From Rivularia sp. (in: cyanobacteria) (GTDB lineage: Bacteria; Cyanobacteriota; Cyanobacteriia; Cyanobacteriales; Nostocaceae), in assembly GCA_965226665.1 (NCBI GenBank), contig OZ245371.1:1694991-1726990 (forward strand): a DNA stretch of 32,000 bases. Direction: 5' to 3'. A program made the translations under genes and the position numbers. The notes under the pieces are model-generated. The model worked only from the letters and a program-made list of their open reading frames with translations. It had not been told where the DNA came from and searched no databases. Each line of letters opens with the position of its first letter. The first letter of the stretch is position 1. Shown here in pieces: positions 28,453-32,000 of the stretch.

Positions 28453-28489
28453 AAAAAAAAACTCCCCACATAAATAATTGTGCGGGGAG
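28453..28489 (-). terminator. Intrinsic terminator after the 28544-29785 gene
   Basis: The minus-strand RNA reads CUCCCCGC-ACAAUUAUUUAU-GUGGGGAG (8 bp including one G-U), followed by U9 (plus-strand A9 at 28453-28461). Confidence 0.8.
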
Positions 28490-28543
28490 ATATTTGATAT
28501 TAATTTGAACTTAATCTAAAATTCTATTCCTCGGAATCCTCAA

Positions 28544-29785
28544 TTAAGCAAACCATTCTAAAACAGCTTCATCTTTAGTGTTGGTATTGCGTGATGGAGT
28601 TTCACGATTGAACTTCATCTGAATCGAACGGGTTTGTTCGCCGTCTACTGCAACTGCTTTAATTGGATAATCAATCAAACCATCTTGGAAGGACATTTGG
28701 AAACGGAATGTACCGTCGGGATTGAGTTTGATTTCGCGATCGCCAATTGTAACGGTAGCATCTGGTTCGGTTGCACCGTAAACAATCAACTCAGCGTCAG
28801 CAATCAACCAGAACTTGCGTGGACGTTCTGGAGGCTGAGATGCACCCATACCAACACCAGACATATTTACACCCGATGCTGTAGGAAGCGCCCACATACC
28901 TACGCCAGATGGGAAAACGTAGGAACTAATAGCTTGCTCTGGAGACATCGAACCAGGAACTTGATGTTGAGAACCGAAGATAGAACCCGCTACCCGCATT
29001 GCTTCTGCGGATTCTGCCATACCAAAGATTTGTTCGTAAATAGGATTACCATTACCGTTGCTTGCTGCTGCTGCGGTTTCTGGCATTTTCTTCGCAGGTG
29101 GTACTAATTCGTACTTAGTTTCACCGCGTAAATCTTCTTCAAAGTCAACTGTAATAAAGACATCTTCAATCCAGTCTGAAGGATACACGGGAGGAACGTG
29201 TACTCTAGCACTACGAGCCAATGTCAACCAACGGCCGTCAGCACAACGATAACCGATATCTATGATGTAATCGCGATCGCTAACAGGAATTGGTAAATAC
29301 CATTCCCGTGCCATTTCATCACAGGGATACTCTTGAAGATTATGGGCGCTTTGATTTTCTAAGTTGATGTCGGTGACATCATAAATTCTTAGTGCTAATT
29401 GTTGTCCGCCTTGTCTGCGTAAATCTTCTTTATGTTCGTTGGAAATATCCCAGTAAGCATAAGCCCATTGTGGATCGCGAGGCATTAATACAACGCGACT
29501 CTCGCCATAACCACTAGGTAAATCAGCAAGTCCCTCGTCAACTGAAGCGAGATTACCGCCAGTTTTATCTTCTTGTCCCAACTCGAATTTAGCTGCTTCC
29601 ACTGTTTCCTGTGCCTCCAATGAACGTTCTGCCTGTCTGGATAATTTCTTACTTTCTGCTTCCTGAACTGCTGCGAGTAACTGAGATTTACGCATTCGGC
29701 TATAGCGAGATATGCTATATTCGCTGGCAACTTTACGCAATTGCCGCAATGTCATTTCTTCTAATGGTGGGCGTTCTTTCGCCAT
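28544..29785 (-). CDS. Rho_N (SAP-like) + DUF4912-like protein
   Basis: The N-terminal MTLRQLRKVASEYSISRYSRMRKSQLLAAVQE matches the Rho termination factor N-terminal helix-hairpin motif. The central PRDPQWAYAYWDISNEHKEDLRRQGGQQLALRIYDVTD is DUF4912-like. An AGGAGG Shine-Dalgarno sequence lies 8 nt upstream of the ATG at 29783-29785. Confidence 0.7.
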   Translation of the reverse strand: MAKERPPLEEMTLRQLRKVASEYSISRYSRMRKSQLLAAVQEAESKKLSRQAERSLEAQETVEAAKFELGQEDKTGGNLASVDEGLADLPSGYGESRVVLMPRDPQWAYAYWDISNEHKEDLRRQGGQQLALRIYDVTDINLENQSAHNLQEYPCDEMAREWYLPIPVSDRDYIIDIGYRCADGRWLTLARSARVHVPPVYPSDWIEDVFITVDFEEDLRGETKYELVPPAKKMPETAAAASNGNGNPIYEQIFGMAESAEAMRVAGSIFGSQHQVPGSMSPEQAISSYVFPSGVGMWALPTASGVNMSGVGMGASQPPERPRKFWLIADAELIVYGATEPDATVTIGDREIKLNPDGTFRFQMSFQDGLIDYPIKAVAVDGEQTRSIQMKFNRETPSRNTNTKDEAVLEWFA

Positions 29786-30428
29786 GAGTGAAGACCTCCT
29801 AAATTTTAATTAAGAAATTTCTTTTGTTTTAAGGAGAGGTCGGTCTAATTACATCTACCCCAAATCTTTTTTAATCGAATTGTTAGGTTTATGCCAAATA
29901 TTCAATTTTCAATTGGTTCTATTTCCACAAGGAATATTACCGTTTGGATATAGGGTTCAAGGTTTAACATTCTTTTTCCCAACGAAAACTAAAATTGTTA
30001 ACCTCTACCTTTTATTTCTTAAGCTCTAACAACTTTCATGCGAAGTAAAAGTTTTTCTAATGTCATTGATAAGAATTTATAACAACAGAAGAATTACTTT
30101 ACTTGTGATTCATATTAACTTCAATTCCTTGGTAGGGATCAAGGGGGTTAACCAGACTTTTTTGTCTCATCTACGAATTTATAGGCTATTCGGGGATCTT
30201 AATGTCAGGATTTATTGATATACGGGACTCAAATAGCCATTTCAAGAGTTTCAAATGTCTCGTTTGTTATAATTTGATGACAAATAAGTATGATTGCTTA
30301 TGGAAAAACTGCTGAAATGCTATTTAAAAGCTTTATGTTGTAATAGTGATATTGCTCTACAACAGTTTATTTTGCCGCAATACTAATATTTGATTGCATA
30401 AATTCTGAGTGGTTAGTTTTGTTTTCTC

Positions 30429-30471
30429 GGTAACGTCGGGGAGACGTTATGTATAACGTCTCTACAACCCA
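30429..30471. repeat. GAGACG-hairpin element (left, forward)
   Basis: ggtaacgtcggggagacgttatgtataacgtctctacaaccca, which contains the palindrome GAGACGTTAT-GT-ATAACGTCTC. Confidence 0.8.
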
Positions 30472-30625
30472 TCAGAATATTCCATTAGTTTTGATGACTT
30501 ATTTCCCAGTCATATTTATATGACTTTAGCTATTAGACTGGGGTTTGCAACCCTAGTCGGGTTACGGTAAAAACCCACCAGAACAAATGAAATGAATTAC
30601 TAGTAGTCTATTTCAAAAGTTTTAA

Positions 30626-30668
30626 TGGGTTGTAGAGACGTAGCAGTGCTACGTCTCCCGACGTTTCC
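30626..30668. repeat. GAGACG-hairpin element (right, inverted)
   Basis: tgggttgtagagacgtagcagtgctacgtctcccgacgtttcc. Its reverse complement matches the flanks of the left element. Its 27-nt core is identical to 15951-15977. Confidence 0.8.
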
Positions 30669-30857
30669 CGCAAAAACGAACCTGTCAAATTTAATGAAAA
30701 GGACTACTAGTCTGTCACATTAGTTCTGAGGGCAAAATATTGTTTGTACCTAAAGGCTAAAACTCTGAATATTTTGCGAAGACGGCGCAACTACAAACTA
30801 ATTGCTAAATCTTTAAAAAGCGTTGAAATACTTGCATAAACAACTAACAACTAACAA

Positions 30858-32000
30858 CTAACTACTAGACTTATTTGATTGTTTTCTCCACTTACCTCTA
30901 ACCAAACGGATTTCATCAAAGCTATAACTCTCACCCAAATATTCTTTAATAGGTGTTAAAGCTGCATCTCCTAATGCATCTAACACCTGAATAATTTTTT
31001 TCTGCTTCTCAACCGTGACTAATAAATTCAAATCTACAGGTTTATCTTTTTCAATTAAATCGGAAAGATGACGAGTAACTGTGGTGGAACGAAGATTGCG
31101 CTGTTGAGCAATTTCTTTGATACTCAATCCTTCTTTATGCAACTCAAAGGTTTGTAATTCTGTATATGAAACATCTCCACTAGAAGAATTAGACTTTTGT
31201 TTTTGCGAATCGTTTTCTTCTAAATAAGCTTTGATTACTTTTATAAATTTATCGCCATATTGAGTAAGTTTGTGGCTACCAACTCCTGCTAGTTTGCTGA
31301 ATTCATCTTTGGTTTTCGGTTTCATCTGCGTCATTAGTCTTAAAGTTGAATCGCCGAAAATTACGTAAGGTGGAACGGATTGAGCATCAGCAAGTTGTTT
31401 GCGAAGTTCGCGCAATTTTTGAAATAGTATATCTGCTTGCTCTGCTTTCTCGCTTCGTTTCTTTACCAATAGATTTTTCTTTAGGAAGAACAACAATCGA
31501 AACCGAACGCTGTTTCCGCATTACTTCCCAACTCAAAGAATTTAGCTTTAATACCCCATAACCATCGGTAGTTTGTTCGAGTAAACCTTGGTGTAATAAA
31601 GAACGTCCTAAGTTTCGCCATTCATCAAGGGTTCGATCTTTACCAATACCGTAAGTAGAAAGTTTATCGTGTTGTTTGCTGAGAATTTTCTGAGTTTTTC
31701 TTCCTTGCAAGATATCTATAATGTGTTTCATACCGAATCTTTGCTTGCAACGTGCCACACAAGACAAAAATTTCATCGCTTCAATCGTCCAATCTTCAAC
31801 TGGTTTGGGATTGCAGCAGTTATCGCAGTTACCGCAATTACCTACAAATCTTTCTCCAAAATAACTTAACTGAATTGCGCGACGGCAGTCTGTACCTTCT
31901 GCATAATCGATCATTTGACGCAATTGATGCTTGGCAATCATTTGCTCTTGCTCGTCAGTTTTTTGATCGATCAGCCATTCGATAGTTTTGACATCGCTGT
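30858..32000 (-). pseudogene. recQ: ATP-dependent DNA helicase RecQ, C-terminal part (gene continues beyond the window end), with a +1-nt frameshift as sequenced
   Basis: The frame ending at 31387 encodes the Zn-binding and winged-helix region (DCRRAIQLSYFGERFVGNCGNCDNC...GIGKDRTLDEWRNLGRSLLHQGLL) and is open to nt 32000. The frame 30858-31496 encodes the HRDC domain (LFQKLRELRKQLADAQSVPPYVIFGDSTLRLM...) plus an HTH-like tail. The switch needs one base removed, for example in the A5 run (plus-strand T5 at 31474-31478). Confidence 0.8.

Noticed and set aside
28634-29107. 157-aa plus-strand ORF antisense to the DUF4912-like gene, along with similar antisense ORFs at 5593-5986, 6035-6418, 15228-15476, 20459-20719, 22025-22330 and 23402-23968
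   Set aside because: Each is fully embedded opposite a longer ORF that has clear family motifs. None has an independent motif or a ribosome-binding site, and their Cys/Asn-rich composition is typical of antisense frames.
30202-30315. 37-codon plus-strand ORF MSGFIDIRDSNSHFKSFKCLVCYNLMTNKYDCLWKNC, with a CxxC...CxxxxC pattern and GGGGA 6 nt upstream of the ATG
   Set aside because: An ORF this short is expected by chance in 1 kb read in six frames. Nothing else supports it, so it is worth only a tBLASTn or Ribo-seq check.
1-32000. A defence island, prophage or toxin-antitoxin system
   Set aside because: No nuclease, reverse transcriptase, methyltransferase, STAND/AAA+ defence ATPase, integrase, transposase or small paired toxin-antitoxin ORFs were recognisable on either strand. 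The gene content is polysaccharide synthesis plus housekeeping around oriC.

Overview
This window looks like a chromosomal segment from a filamentous, Nostocales-type cyanobacterium. I base that on at least 11 perfect HIP1 octamers (GCGATCGC), 7-8 nt STRR-type tandem arrays in many intergenic regions, and TTTTCCACA-type DnaA boxes. I cannot name the strain without a database search.

Layout:
- 1-13473: 11 co-oriented minus-strand genes for a cell-surface polysaccharide. They comprise GT2, GT4 and GT-A glycosyltransferases, a sulfotransferase, a Wzx-like flippase, a Glf/amine-oxidase-like flavoenzyme and three GT-C-like polytopic membrane proteins.
- 14014-20901: housekeeping genes, namely a PrxQ/BCP peroxiredoxin, a small secreted protein, an ABC-2 exporter pair, a TPR protein, peptide deformylase and an HtrA/Deg protease.
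- 21083-24497: dnaA, an oriC-like DnaA-box cluster, then dnaN.
- 24703-29785: an ArsA/Get3-like ATPase, a DUF2358-like protein, a conserved hypothetical, a phosphodiester-glycosidase-like secreted protein and a Rho_N+DUF4912-like protein.
- 29786-30857: a 1.07 kb ORF-free, repeat-rich region.
- 30858-32000: the 3' part of recQ.

I found no rRNA, tRNA, CRISPR array, transposase, phage genes or recognisable defence-system signature, and I cannot support a clear novel system.

The most notable observations:
1. Five otherwise conserved genes each carry one inactivating lesion. Four are +1-nt frameshifts (in dnaA, recQ, a GT2 and a TPR gene) and one is an in-frame TAA. This means either insertion-biased sequence error or genuine genome erosion.
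2. The oriC-like region has convergent DnaA-box arrays, with a nested MITE-like element beside it.
3. A hairpin repeat family has conserved GAGACG/CGTCTC arms and covarying cores.
4. Heptamer arrays abut eight gene ends.
5. The polysaccharide locus encodes a sulfotransferase and a GT2 / flavoenzyme / tandem GT-C module.

All family assignments rest on motif recognition by eye. No searches were run.
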